A DNA stretch of 64,000 nucleotides, taken from Eledone cirrhosa (Eukaryota). The position numbers and the translations under genes are program-made. Below are positions 24,281 through 36,957 of the stretch, piece by piece. Position 1 is the first letter of the stretch, and each line of letters opens with the position of its first letter. The notes under the pieces are model-generated. The model was given only the letters and a program-made list of their open reading frames with translations, had not been told where the DNA came from and made no database searches. The stretch spans positions 38,068,001-38,132,000 of the forward strand of contig OZ024753.1 of the NCBI GenBank assembly GCA_964016885.1. Reading direction: 5' to 3'.

Positions 24281-24777
24281 ATATATATATATATATATAT
24301 ATTCGCTTAAAGTGCTTGTATTTTATGTAATACCTTGCCATACAGTATTTATATATGCCTAATACCTTTGCTTGTTTCCTTCTGATATATATGACTAACG
24401 CATGTACACTCTCTACACGCTTGCATATGTATTGCTAGTGTCTTCATTCTTTCTCAATGCCTCTTTAATTATTGGACTATTCTCTTGTATTATCTGTTGC
24501 ATGTATTCCACTCTGTGCTTTTAATTTTAATTTTAATTTTTGTACAATTCTCGTATAATATATGTCGCATCCATTACGCCCTGTAAATACTAAACTGTTG
24601 TTCACGACATCAATATATATGTATCTATATGATTGTTCAGTTGAATAGGAGGTTAATTATATGAACAAACATTGATAATGCTCCGATGATGTTAAACAAA
24701 AGTTTGGAAGAAACAATTATCAGCAATTAAATGATTTGAACATAACTTTGATATTTGTGTAATTTATATATATATAT

Positions 24778-24961
24778 AAACCAACTTTTTTTAAATGGAA
24801 GTTGATCAATATTTTATGGTACGTCAAATTTATTTATAAAACTGCTTATATATTGTATTTTATCTGAAGAAGGCATGCCATATTTTTAATATGGCATCCC
24901 TGAAATATGTATAATGAAATAAATATGGTTTTATAAATATAGTTTTCATTTGTTTAATATC

Positions 24962-24962
<1 letters not shown>
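24778..24962 (+). mobile_element. Family A insert, copy 3 (single arm, no tail); hammerhead 24851-24925
   Basis: CTGAAGA-AGGCATGCCATATT ttt AATATGGCATCCCT-GAAA-TATGTA-TA-ATGAAATAAATA; (TA)n flanks. Confidence 0.8.
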
Positions 24963-25022
<60 letters not shown>

Positions 25023-25025
<3 letters not shown>

Positions 25026-25381
25026 AAAGTTATATTTAAATTGTTGGGTTACAACTAGTAAATATTTATAACTGATATAAAAGCACTCAACAAGTATTTG
25101 GAGTATATTTACGATATTAAATAAATGGAAACTATATTTATAAAACCATATTTATTTCATTATATATATTTCAGGGATATCATATTAACAATATGTTATG
25201 CCTTCCTCAGACAAAATACAAGTCGATGTTGAACGGTATGTCAAATCTATTTATCTCTAAAACTGTCTATATTGTATTTTGTCTGAGGAAGGCATAACAT
25301 ATTGTTAATATGATATCCCTGAAATATATATAATGAAATAAATATGGTTTTATAAATATAGTTTCCATTTATTTAATATCG

Positions 25382-25382
<1 letters not shown>
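25023..25382 (-). mobile_element. Family A insert, copy 4 (tail on the left; arms ~25110-25221 and 25272-25382); hammerhead + 25270-25344 and a minus-strand mirror
   Basis: Core CTGAGGA in both arms; (TA)n flanks. Confidence 0.85.
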
Positions 25383-25437
<55 letters not shown>

Positions 25438-25441
<4 letters not shown>

Positions 25442-25543
25442 GTGTCCCCCTCCCCCCAAAAAATGTATACACAATTCAGCATTCTAATAAATATTGCCTG
25501 TACATGTAATCAAAGTATGTATACATTTTTTGGGACACCCTGT
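25438..25543. mobile_element. ~100-bp Tc1/mariner-type MITE
   Basis: TIR-like GTGTCCC..AAAAAATGTATACA / TGTATACATTTTTTGGGACACCCTG; second copy at 56897-56997. Confidence 0.75.
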
Positions 25544-25953
25544 GTGTGTGTGTGTGTATATATATATACATACATACATACACATATATACACATATACA
25601 AGGGTCCCCACGTTGTCTAGACCGGAGAAGCCATGTTGTTTGTACAAGTCTGTTCTAAGGAGACAGCCGACCACACGTTAAAGAACGATAAGAACAATTA
25701 TGAACATTACAAGAGTCTATATCCTTTTAGTACCAGGAGATACCTTTTAGGTTAACTACCTCTAGTGTTGTGTTACTGTGTGAGACCCCTTTCTGGTGGC
25801 TGACTCAAAAGAATGATAGATAGGAATATAATAACATTTGCCTTGAAAAGATGGTGAATGAGATGTTTAACTAACGAGACGATGGAAATAACACCTTCCC
25901 GAAGGCGTTGAATCTATTTCACCCGGAAAAGGAACGCGAGCGCACATCCAAAT

Positions 25954-26099
<146 letters not shown>

Positions 26100-26175
26100 G
26101 AATGTGTATTCGTGCATGTATCTATGCCTCCTCTCTATCTGTGAAGATACACACACACACACATATATATATATA

Positions 26176-26246
<71 letters not shown>

Positions 26247-26444
26247 TCACACACACACACACATATATATATGTAAAAGATAAACAGAAATAACATCACA
26301 AACGGTACAGTATATAGAAGGAATATATTAGTTTAACACTTGAAATAGCAGGAAGAGGGTCTTAACGTTTCGGACTCTAGTCCTTCAATATATATGCACA
26401 GACATACAGCTATAAGCAAATTAATACTAAGTAGTACTATTAGG

Positions 26445-26722
26445 ACTTCCGTCGGTTTCTACGACGATCGTTCCAGTTGAATTTTTAAATGGAACAGTCA
26501 GCTCGTGAAATTAACGAGTAAGTGACTGAATATTCCACAGATACTCCTAACGACCCAACTGGCCCTTTATTATCAAAGAAACAACTCATGTTTGCAAGCT
26601 GAGCTGACTGGAGAGCAACATGAAATAAAGTGTCTCGATCAAGGACACAACGCCGCCACTGGGAACTGAACTCACTACCTTAAGATCGTGTGCAGAGCAC
26701 CCTAACCTTAAAGCCACGAGCA
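26445..26722 (-). mobile_element. SINE family 2 copy
   Basis: GTGTCTCGATCAAGGACACAACG core with a tRNA-like head at the right end. Confidence 0.75.
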
Positions 26723-27680
26723 TTCGTAACTCATAAATACATTTTAAGAAACAAACACACAAGAGCAACATACTGTGGATCGCTTAAACTGAAGATTAAC
26801 TTAAGAGGAAGGCTACGGTCAAATGAGGAGAAAAAAAACCCGGAGAAACCTCTTGATGCCACAATTGATGCATTTAACAAATTGGACTGGAGTGTGTGTG
26901 CGTGTGTAATGCGTGTGTAATGTATGTATGCATTGCATCACTTTGGCAGCTTATTAACATTCCTTTACATTTTAGAATGAAATTTCCATGTTCAAGCCCC
27001 CCCCCCCCCATACACACATATCTTCTGTCTTTCCCTATTCTTCTCTGTCTACACATTGGACTGCAGTCCTTATTATTCTCTTCTGTTTTTCTATTTCTCT
27101 CCTTTCTATATTTTTTACTTTAGCTAAACCTTCACGCACCATCCTCTCTTTTCTTAGTCAGTTGATACACTTGGGCTATTTTTTTGCCTTTACTTGTGTA
27201 ATTCACCGATGCCTTTGTCTCTACCTGTTTTGTTATGTCCCAATATGCAGTGGAATGAACAGTAACAACCTTAATGTACAGAAACTGTAGTGATTTTCAG
27301 ATGTTGACTGAGAAGCAAGAGAAATAACTCATAAAACTGAACTGATCCAAGGCTTTTGGAAAGAATAACCTTGTCTATTGTAAACTTTGTGACAGTAATG
27401 GACATGTTTCGGTCTTATTCGATCTCCCCAGAAAGTTGGCTAGTCTAGAATACTTGTCAAGTAATGTAGTCAATTTAATAATTACATATTCAAGACATTT
27501 GTGGGGAGCTGTGCCAAGAGTGTCTTGGTCTCCTCCAGAAAAAAAAAAAAAATACAACCCCCAAATCTTCATGGTGCCCTCCTTCCCTTGATACACTAAG
27601 CATGAACTTATTTTGCATAATGTAATAACGAAACCTCGAATGAGTGTGCGGTTTATATATATATATGTGTGTATATATAT

Positions 27681-27962
27681 ATGGCGTAGGACAGAACAAA
27701 GGAGAGGCACAAAAACAAAGAAAAGAATCCCCAGTCACTGAAGAGGTCACAGAATGTGTGACGAAAGAACTTTGACAATATATGAACAACCGTCCGGTTG
27801 AGGAACCAACCAACCAACCAGAAATTTATAAATTCTTAAATTTATAAATTTAATTTATAATAAATTGGAGTGAAAGCAACTGGTGCATGTGTTTCTTATT
27901 GGCAACATGACCCTCCCAAAGCATAACAATATATATATATATATATATTTGGGGAGGGTCAT
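27681..27962 (+). mobile_element. Family F copy 2 in (TA)n; hammerhead 27734-27776; short inverted stub 27948-27962
   Basis: Near-identical to 315-572; TTTGGGGAGGGTCAT after the (TA)n mirrors ATGACCCTCCCAAA. Confidence 0.75.
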
Positions 27963-27996
27963 ATTTGTGTAATATTGCCAGAATTAATAATATATG

Positions 27997-28028
<32 letters not shown>

Positions 28029-28299
28029 TGTATGTATGTATGTATGTATGTATGTATGTATGTATGTATGTTTTCTCTTTCTCTTAATTTCGAGTATATT
28101 TTTTTGACCGGCCACCTTCCTGGTGGCAAGGTTGTAAAAGAAAAGAAATTGTCATCCCTTGAATCGCAAGAATGTTTTGCAAATTTTGAAGGTGCCAGCT
28201 ATTGCAGCCATTTGTAGACTATGAATTATGTATGTATGTATGTATGTATGTATGTATGTATGTATGTATGTATGTATGTGTATGCGCGCGCGCGTGCGC

Positions 28300-28361
<62 letters not shown>

Positions 28362-29660
28362 TGGTTGACGTTCACTTCTAAATGTCTGAACAGTCTGAAG
28401 TAATTAGGATGTAATTGGTTTGATAATGACTACGATAGAATAATCAAGGAGAGAAATTGGGTCAATGTATGTTGTGTACTTCATAACATACACATACATA
28501 TATATATACACACACACACACACAAGCATTCACACATACATGTGTACACATACACTCACACTTATCTTCTCGCACTCATACACTCACAACTCCATCTCTC
28601 TCTCTCACACACACATATATACATACACACAAACACTCAAACCTATTCTCCCACACTCTCATACACATACACTCACACACAGACATATACATACACAGAC
28701 ACAATTTTATCTTTCTCTCTCTCACACACACACACTCACACACATATATATACACATAAACATAAACACACACACACAGTACGTGAAATAAATCAACATC
28801 TGATTTGTAATGTTGGCAGAGAGCAATTGGTTTCTGAGAATATCGCTCTGTGTGTGTGTATAGAAGGTGCGTGTGTAGGAGTATGTCTATGTGTGGAGGG
28901 TGCGTGTGTGTGTGTGGAGGGTATGTATGTAGGAGTATGTGTGTGTACATATGTATGAACATGTGCGTATGTTTGTGTGCATATATGTATGTTGCGTGTG
29001 TATAAATGTGTGTACATGTGTGTGTGCATGTGTGTATGGGTGTTTGTGTGTGCATGTGTATGTATGTGTATGTATGTGTATGTGTGTGTATATATGTGCC
29101 TGTGTGTGTGTGTGTGTGTTATCTAATATTCATACAAATGAAAAATAGTCGTCTGTCCGCATTCAATAAGGTTTGCGATACTTAATCAGCGAGCGAAACT
29201 GCAGAGAAAATTACCAGGTGGTTTTGAATAAAAAAAGGGCTGATCTGTGGTTTGTCGGTGGTGTGTTGAAAGTGAGGGGCTTGGTCAACTATGACTGGGA
29301 CACACACAGAAGGTATGGCAAGCATGGCGCCACTTGGACCAGGAACACTTTCCGTTAAAGTCAGATAAGCTATCGTTGGAGAGTGTAAAAAGAAACTTCT
29401 TCAGATATATGATCTGTCTTTGATTATCATAGATGAGAAGCACTATGGTGGTTGGATTAACGAATGCGATTGGTAATGGGTATCAGATGTTTGGACAGGG
29501 CACAATTTCACTGCTTGCCATAGGCACTATTTTCCATAGCAGTGAAAGCATGTTTTATTATATCTATCCAAAGCTTAACAATGCCTACCTCTGTTTATTT
29601 AAATAATAACTATTTCCCACTGTCGTATTCACATATGTAAGATATATTGCTTTATTTTAT

Positions 29661-29738
29661 TTAACTCTGATGATCTAACTCGTCAAGAATGATCTATCTT
29701 TCGTTCCTTGTTGGACTAGTGAAACGCATGTAAGTCAA
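29661..29738 (+). ncRNA. Type-I hammerhead ribozyme (aged)
   Basis: TTAACT-CTGATGA-TCTA...TAGT-GAAA-CGCATG-TA^-AGTCAA; stem III could be a CpG-decayed CGCGCG. Confidence 0.65.
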
Positions 29739-29764
29739 TTAAATGATTGAATATAATAATTCAT

Positions 29765-29939
29765 TGGCAGTATAGTTACGACTCTTTATGCTCTGAGTTC
29801 AAATCTCGTCGAGGTTAGCTTTGTCTTTCATCCTTACTGGATCGATATAATAAAATTAAAAAATCAGGAATGCACTGGGATCAATTTAATCGACTTTTCC
29901 ATTCTCGTAAAATTGTCGACCTTGTGCTGATATAGAAAC

Positions 29940-29943
<4 letters not shown>
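29765..29943 (+). mobile_element. SINE family 1 copy
   Basis: GAGTTCAAATCTCGTCGAGGTTAGCTTTGTCTTTCATCCTTAC core. Confidence 0.8.
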
Positions 29944-29975
<32 letters not shown>

Positions 29976-30098
29976 AGAGAGAGAAGAGGGGGAGAAATGA
30001 GGTGGAACAGAAATGAAACATGGATTACAGGTTAAAATGTAGTCTAGACAGATGTGAAACAAAACGAGGATGTAATTTATAGAACACCCAAATGATTT

Positions 30099-30530
30099 AG
30101 AAGTCGACCTTAAGTAGGAGCAATAACATTAAGAAAGGCATGCCCGACACCACAACACTTTGTTTGAAAGTAGGTTTATAAGTATGAATTTTCATAAGAT
30201 ATTCGTAGTTGTCTCTGTGGCCTAGCGGTAGGAACTAGAGACGGTGGAGACCCTGGCCTTGGGTTCAATCCAGGTAACCTTTTTCAGTTTTTATTTTACC
30301 AATAGAAAAAACCCTGAAAAAGTTTACTTGTAACCCTACTACCGACCAGGATCGAACTTCAGCTCACGTTCACCACTGTCTATGATTGCCCCAACTAGGC
30401 CACCGAGACATCTACGAAAGTATAATGAAAATTGATAATTATAAACCTACTTTCAAAATCAAAGTTTTAAAAAATGTGGTGTCGTTTATGGCTTTCCTAG
30501 AGCTATTAGTAATATTTAGGGTCGACTTCT
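30099..30530. mobile_element. Fold-back/MITE-like element with long diverged inverted arms, each containing a tRNA-like A/B-box unit
   Basis: AGAAGTCGACC (30099) / GGTCGACTTCT (30530); TTTGAAAGTAGGTTTATAA / TTATAAACCTACTTTCAAA; heads 30211-30275 (+) and 30345-30409 (-). Confidence 0.7.
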
Positions 30531-30927
30531 GGCCACTATTGAAAGTCTCTGGATTCCGCAAAATACATAATATTTTTTATTGGATAAGGTAAGATAATTT
30601 CCCGCAAAAATTTGATTGCACTGTTTTATTTCCACTTATGTATTTTTTGAAAATGTTATTTATTCATTATAAAAATTAAATGATACTATTCTATATGTAG
30701 GTGGACCCCCTTCAGCTGGCAACCAATATTTTTAGACCTAGTCCGCCACTATATATATATATATAATGTAGGAGGTGAGTTTTATTGTAGTACAATAAAG
30801 CAATGCAGATATCGGATAAAAAGCACTCTACAATTTGTAGGACTGGAGTATACATAATATATAAGAGCATGTTGATTTAAAACTGAACTATCCACAAGTG
30901 TTTTTTAACCTTCATATCATGTCTTCC

Positions 30928-30998
30928 TGTTTTATCTGATGAAAACACAAATATTATTGCATGATGATATTTGTTTTTGAAATGCGCATAATAAAATA
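30928..30998 (+). ncRNA. Type-I hammerhead ribozyme in a (TA)n-flanked insert (~30765-31030)
   Basis: TGTTTTAT-CTGATGA-AAACACAAATATTAT...ATGATATTTGTTTTT-GAAA-TGCGCA-TA^-ATAAAATA; palindromic stem III. Confidence 0.85.
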
Positions 30999-31034
30999 CA
31001 TGGAACTCTTTTAACCATCTTTTGTTCTTATATA

Positions 31035-31086
<52 letters not shown>

Positions 31087-31956
31087 GAAGAATAGTCCTG
31101 TCTTTTGAAGTATCCGAAACTATAATGATCTTAGAAGACAGCCGACGAGCGGGAACTTTCCATGTGCTTGTCTTTTATATGTCCCACGTGGTTTTTAAAA
31201 ATAGTATTGTAACCGTCACAACCTAATTTTGAAATCAAAACAACACACACACGCACACGCACACACGCACACACACACACACACACATATACATATATAC
31301 ATATGTATATATATACGATATTAAATTAATGGAAACTATATGTATATATATATATATATCTTGCTTTCTGTCTCTCTCTACCTCTGCTTGTCTGTCACTC
31401 TCTCCCCAACTAAAGCCAAACAAAATGACACGAATCAAATAAATAGCTTTTACAGTTATATATTTTTTCAAGGTTACTTTTTAAATATATCGTCTGCAAC
31501 TTGTAGGATGTTCTTTCTAACAGTTGCTTTCATCTCTTCTGTCATTTACATCCCAACAACCTCTTTCCAACTGTCATAATCACAACCCCTTCACCATTGC
31601 TACCACCACTACCACCACTATCATCACCCCCATCACCCTAACCACCACCACAACCACCGCTACAGTTAATATACTACAACCACAACTACCACCATCCAAT
31701 CATCACCACTGCTGCCACCACGACAACAACCACCTCCACTGTTACTGCCGTCACCACCACTACTAGAAATAAATAGATGAAACAGGGAGAGGAAGAGAGA
31801 GAGAGAGAGGGGGAGAGAGAGAGAGAGAGAGAGAGAGAGCAGATCAAGAAAATAAAAAGAGAAATGTTTGGCAGAGTGAAAAAAGAAAAGGGAAAAAAGA
31901 AAAAACTAAAAAGTTATAGAGAATAGATAAACAGATAAGTAAAGGGAATAGATCGT

Positions 31957-32034
<78 letters not shown>

Positions 32035-32149
32035 AAATGAAAAGGGAAAGAGATGGTTGATAGTTCAGGGTATTGGTGAGGAAATGACCAATTTGAATAT
32101 TTTTAGGTTGAAAGGAAACGAGTGAAATTTGTGTATATTATATACATAT

Positions 32150-32550
32150 GTTGGCCGCCATGCTTTCTAGCATAGTTACGTCCCTTTACGGATTGCGTTC
32201 AAATCCCGCCGAGGTTAACTTTGCCTTTCATCCTTACGGGGTCGATAAAATAAAGTACCAGTAATACACTGGGATAATTGCTGACTTTGTGCCAAAATTA
32301 GAAACAATTATATACATATAGACCCAGTCTTCACTCAAGCGGGACTCCCAGACAAACCGAGGGGTCAGCATCCCACTTATATACATATTTATATGATGTA
32401 AGGCGGCGAATTGGTAGAGTCATTAGAGCGTTGGATAGAATGCTTTGTGGTATTCATTCTGGCTCTCTGCACTCTGAATTCAAATCCTGCCGAAGCCATC
32501 TTCGCCTTTCATCCTTTCGAGGTCGATAAATAAACTAGTACTGGAGTTGA
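32150..32550 (+). mobile_element. Two SINE family 1 copies (~32150-32311 and 32401-32550)
   Basis: B-box and GCCTTTCATCCTT..GGTCGATAAA core in both. Confidence 0.8.
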
Positions 32551-32732
32551 TTCTTCCTCTATATTTCTTTCTCATTCACTTGTATTCTTTCACTTGTATT
32601 CTCTCACTCTATCCTTCTGTGGAAGAAATCTGCTGTGTTCAGACCTGGAGAAGAGATAGGCTCCGCCAGGTTTTAAAATGCCCTAGAAATGCTGCATCGG
32701 CAGTTAGGGGACTTTACATGTTATGCGTCGGT

Positions 32733-33330
32733 TCTCCGTCGGATACGATTACGACGAGGAGTGTTCCAGTTGTTAGACAAATGGAACAACCTGTTTGAAA
32801 GTTCCATAGACACGTCCACCCTTCACGTAATTTTCTGTGTGACACAGCTTCACACTACATGTGAAGAGCACCGGATTTAGGACAAATGAGGCCCTGTGCT
32901 AGTTAGGTTATGAGGCCCCTTATTGGGGCCCTGAAGGAGGTAAACAATTTTTGGGGCAGGAAGATCCCCCCCCCCCCCGGCCAACGGGGCCCTGTGCTTA
33001 AGCACACCTAAGCACAATGTTAAATCCGGTACTGTATGTGACAAGGCTGTACTTTTCAATTACAGTTACAGTCCACATTGTATTGCAATGTAAGTGGCCG
33101 AGCATTACACAGACACGTGGACCTTTAACGTAGATTGCAAAGAAATTCAGTATGACACAATATATGACAAGACTGGCTCTTTGAATTACAGGTAGAGCTC
33201 ATTTTTGCCAGCTGAGTAGATTAAAGTAATGCGAAATAAAGTGTCTTGCTCAAGGACATAATGCATTGCCAGGACATGATTTTACACATGATTTTACGAT
33301 CGTGAGCCGAACACTTAAGCTACTGAGCTG
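32733..33330 (-). mobile_element. SINE family 2 sequence interrupted by a hAT-like MITE (~32868-33033)
   Basis: SINE blocks on both sides; insert bounded by ACCGGATTTA / TAAATCCGGT with GGCCC subterminal repeats. Confidence 0.7.
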
Positions 33331-33450
33331 CACGCAGTACACGCACACACACACACACACACAGTACACGTACACACATACTAACACATACACACACACA
33401 CACATATATATATATGTACATATATACATAAGCACACATGTATGTGTGCG

Positions 33451-33517
<67 letters not shown>

Positions 33518-33683
33518 ATGCACACATGTATGTAAGTCTATATATACACATATACACAACCACAAATGTCTCTCTCTCTCTCTATCTCTCTCTCTCTCTA
33601 TATATATATATAAGTGTTGAAGTTTCCGTGGAAAAAGTATGTATAAATATATATGTACACATACACACACAGAACACACACAT

Positions 33684-33750
<67 letters not shown>

Positions 33751-34560
33751 CACGTACACATATAAAGACACACCACACACAGCCGCTGTCTGTTTATGTG
33801 TATCAGGTGGTAGAAGGGGTTAGGGATGAAACAGATACACGGATGAGTGAAATGGATACTTAGATACGTACATATTATTTCTTTATTTATTTCGTTGTTT
33901 TTTGTCGTTGTCGTTGAACGAATACAGACTTAATTGTTTGTTAGGGCGAGTCAGTTGACATGTTTAAACGTGTAGAGATTGGCATGTGACAGAAGCATTC
34001 CAATGCAGCATCCAATAGAAAAACGATGTTTTTTTTCTCCTTGGCTTCAATATTAACTTTTGAATTCTATCGACAGTTGACCGATGTTTGAAAATGTATA
34101 ACTGAAAAAGTGGCGAATTGGCAAAGTTGTTAGAGCGTCGGATATAATGCTTTGCGGTATTTGTTCCGACTCTCTCTCCTCTCTCCTCTCTCCTCTCTCA
34201 GAGCTCTCACGTCTCTGACAATTGTCATATTATTATATAAATAGCAAATTTGTTAACAATAGATACATACACACGTTAGTATACCCACATACCCACTCAT
34301 AACATACATACATAACGCACATATATAGATGGAATGCTACAGGTTATAATCGCTAAGACTTAGTACTCTATACTTACTATATAATAACACTTTTGCCTCT
34401 CACTAAAATTGCTGGCTTTGTTTTCCTAGTTAAAAAACATTTTATTCGCCCTAAAAGTATATATCTATATGTATGATGCGACAAATCTGTTTTTAAACAT
34501 GTTTAACATCTCACTGTTATTACGAACAGTATAGAATAAATCCTTATAATATATATAAAA

Positions 34561-34673
34561 CTAGCTGAGGTACCCGGCTTCACTCGGGAGGATAGTTAGA
34601 GACAAGCCAGATAAAAGAGAAAACGACTGTATTGCATGTGTTGTCTGGTTTACAGTATGAGGTGAGACCGTAA

Positions 34674-34768
<95 letters not shown>

Positions 34769-35335
34769 AAGAGAGACAAAAAAAAGCAATAATAAAACTT
34801 CTTTATTAGGCTGGGGGAGTAAACTGCCGATTAAATGGTAGCATTGGCCTTAGATTTTAAATGTGAAATAACCATAGTCAATATGATCTTTTTCAGCTCC
34901 AAAGGACGTCATCTGAAATGCAGCAATATATCGTATAACATTGCCTCTGAAGTGTTTAGCTTCGTTAGTACGGTCTGTAAGTATGGATAAAAGCTAGAGG
35001 GTAGATTAATTTCAAATAGTATCAATTTTTCTTTGTTAAGACTGTAAAACGACTTTATAAAAGCTAACGCAATATTGTTAAACCTTCCTATAAATCAAAG
35101 GATCTATAGTTTAAGCCGTTTCTAGACTTTCGTGGGACGTTACTCTCTCTCTCTCTGAATATCTAACACTTTAATTGTATCTCTCTGTATAACGGCATAT
35201 CTCTCTCTTTCTGCTCTCCCCTTGTGTTTCTCTCTCTTTAGATGTGTGTGTATGTATTTGTGTGTGTGAGTGTGTAGTTTTCGTTTGATTCAACCAACCA
35301 ACCGATAAACATCTCTCTTTTATATTATATATAGA
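34561..35335 (-). mobile_element. Non-autonomous Helitron-like element
   Basis: Minus strand starts A|TCTATATATAATATAAAAG followed by (GGTT)n and ends CCCGAG-TGAAG-CCGGG hairpin...CTAG|T: 5'-TC, 3'-CTAG, A/T target. Confidence 0.7.
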
Positions 35336-35484
35336 TGATATATGTATGAAATTAATAGAACATTTTCTATTTGTACAATTTATTAAAAAAATTTCAGGGG
35401 AGATAAATTTCATGGGAGATAAAAGTAGCTTTTAAAAACATAAGTTGTCTCCCTTAGATTAAGACTCTTACATCTACATATTGG

Positions 35485-35620
35485 TTTCTTATATAGGCAC
35501 AAGGCCAGTGATTTCGGGGAAGGGAAAAGTCGATTAAATCGACCCCAGTGCGTGACTGGTACTTTATTTTATCGACCCCGTGAGGATGAAAGGCAAAGTT
35601 AACTTCGGCGGGATTTGAAC
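35485..35620 (-). mobile_element. 5'-truncated SINE family 1 copy with a 21-bp target-site duplication
   Basis: ACTCTTACATCTACATATTGG at 35464-35484 and 35621-35641. Confidence 0.9.
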
Positions 35621-36399
35621 ACTCTTACATCTACATATTGGCGTAAAAAAGCGACAAGCAAGCACAACCAATTGTTTTAAATTCAGATATACTACAACAC
35701 TATGAAAGTACTCACTCAGTTCCGATGACGGGTGTAGTATTTGATTCGATCAACAGAATAGCCTGATCGTATTGTAACGTGCTACTGGCTGAGTATTCGA
35801 GAGACACATGGACCCGTAATATAATTCTTAGGGAGATTCAGCGGAACACAGTATGTGAAATGGCTGGCCCTTTGTTTTACATATACAACTCCTTCCACTC
35901 TACGCACCATGGCACCTCTGGTATCGCTGACCTAGGATGACCCCAGTCCCACCGAGCAAGAGCAAGAAGAAGAAAAGATGATGATTTGGTCAGGTCGTTT
36001 GAATGTCAGAAAGATTATCCCCTTTTTAGCAGAGTTTAGACATGGAGGGAAGGGCCGGACCGGACCGGACAGGGGCTATGATCTTGTTGGTGGCTCCAAG
36101 AATAGTGAGTACGAGGAAGGTAGTCTCAAAACAGAAGACTAAGTCTGAGTACTTCCAAGCGAGTGGATTCTGCTAAAGGCCCCTTAAGGGCTATGTGGTG
36201 GTGGTGTTGTTCCAGCTCACTGCATTCTGAATTCACATCCCTTGTCCACGCCAATTTTGTCTTTCATTTTTTCGGGTTCGATAAATAAAGTACCAGCCCA
36301 GCCCAGCCCAGCCTAGTTTAGTCTAGTCCCGGGACAGTCTCTTCTCTTCTTCTCATTGAAAGAAATCAACTGTGGTGAAACCTAGAGAGGGGTTTGTCT

Positions 36400-36957
36400 C
36401 TGCAGAGCTGGTGTCTGGAAAAAATGAGTTGTATTTCTAATTCAGAGAGCCAAACTTGTCGCACATTGTATCACACTGAATTTCTCTGAGAACTACGTCA
36501 AGGGTACACGTGTCTGTGGAATGCTCAGTCACTGGTACGTTACTTTCACAAGCAGGCTATGCTGTTGATCAAACAACTGAACCATTCTTCGTCGTAACAG
36601 ATCCTCATAACAACAACAGCAACCGCAAAAAGTAACCATCATTATCATCATGATTAAGCAACTGAAACACTCGTCGTCGGAACCGACGGAGATCCAATAC
36701 ACAGTCTAAAAATCTAAAGTCTGTCTCTAGCCCGGAGACTCAGAGTATAAAACTTCCCCCTGGATATGTCGCCAGTCCATCGCAGGGTTAAAACCCAGCT
36801 ATTGCTAGTGCTCATTTTCTGCTGAATATACAGGAGCAACGTGAAATGAAGTGTTTTGCTCAAGAACACAACGCAACACACAACCCAGTCCGGGAATCGA
36901 AACCACGAAATTATGATCGTAAGTCCAACACCTTTACCACTAGGCTACGCCCCTCCA
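36400..36957. mobile_element. SINE family 2 fragments (+ ~36400-36690; - ~36780-36957 with tRNA-like head)
   Basis: AAGGGTACACGTGTCTGTGGAATGCTCAG; GTGTTTTGCTCAAGAACACAACG...GGGAATCGAAACC. Confidence 0.7.
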
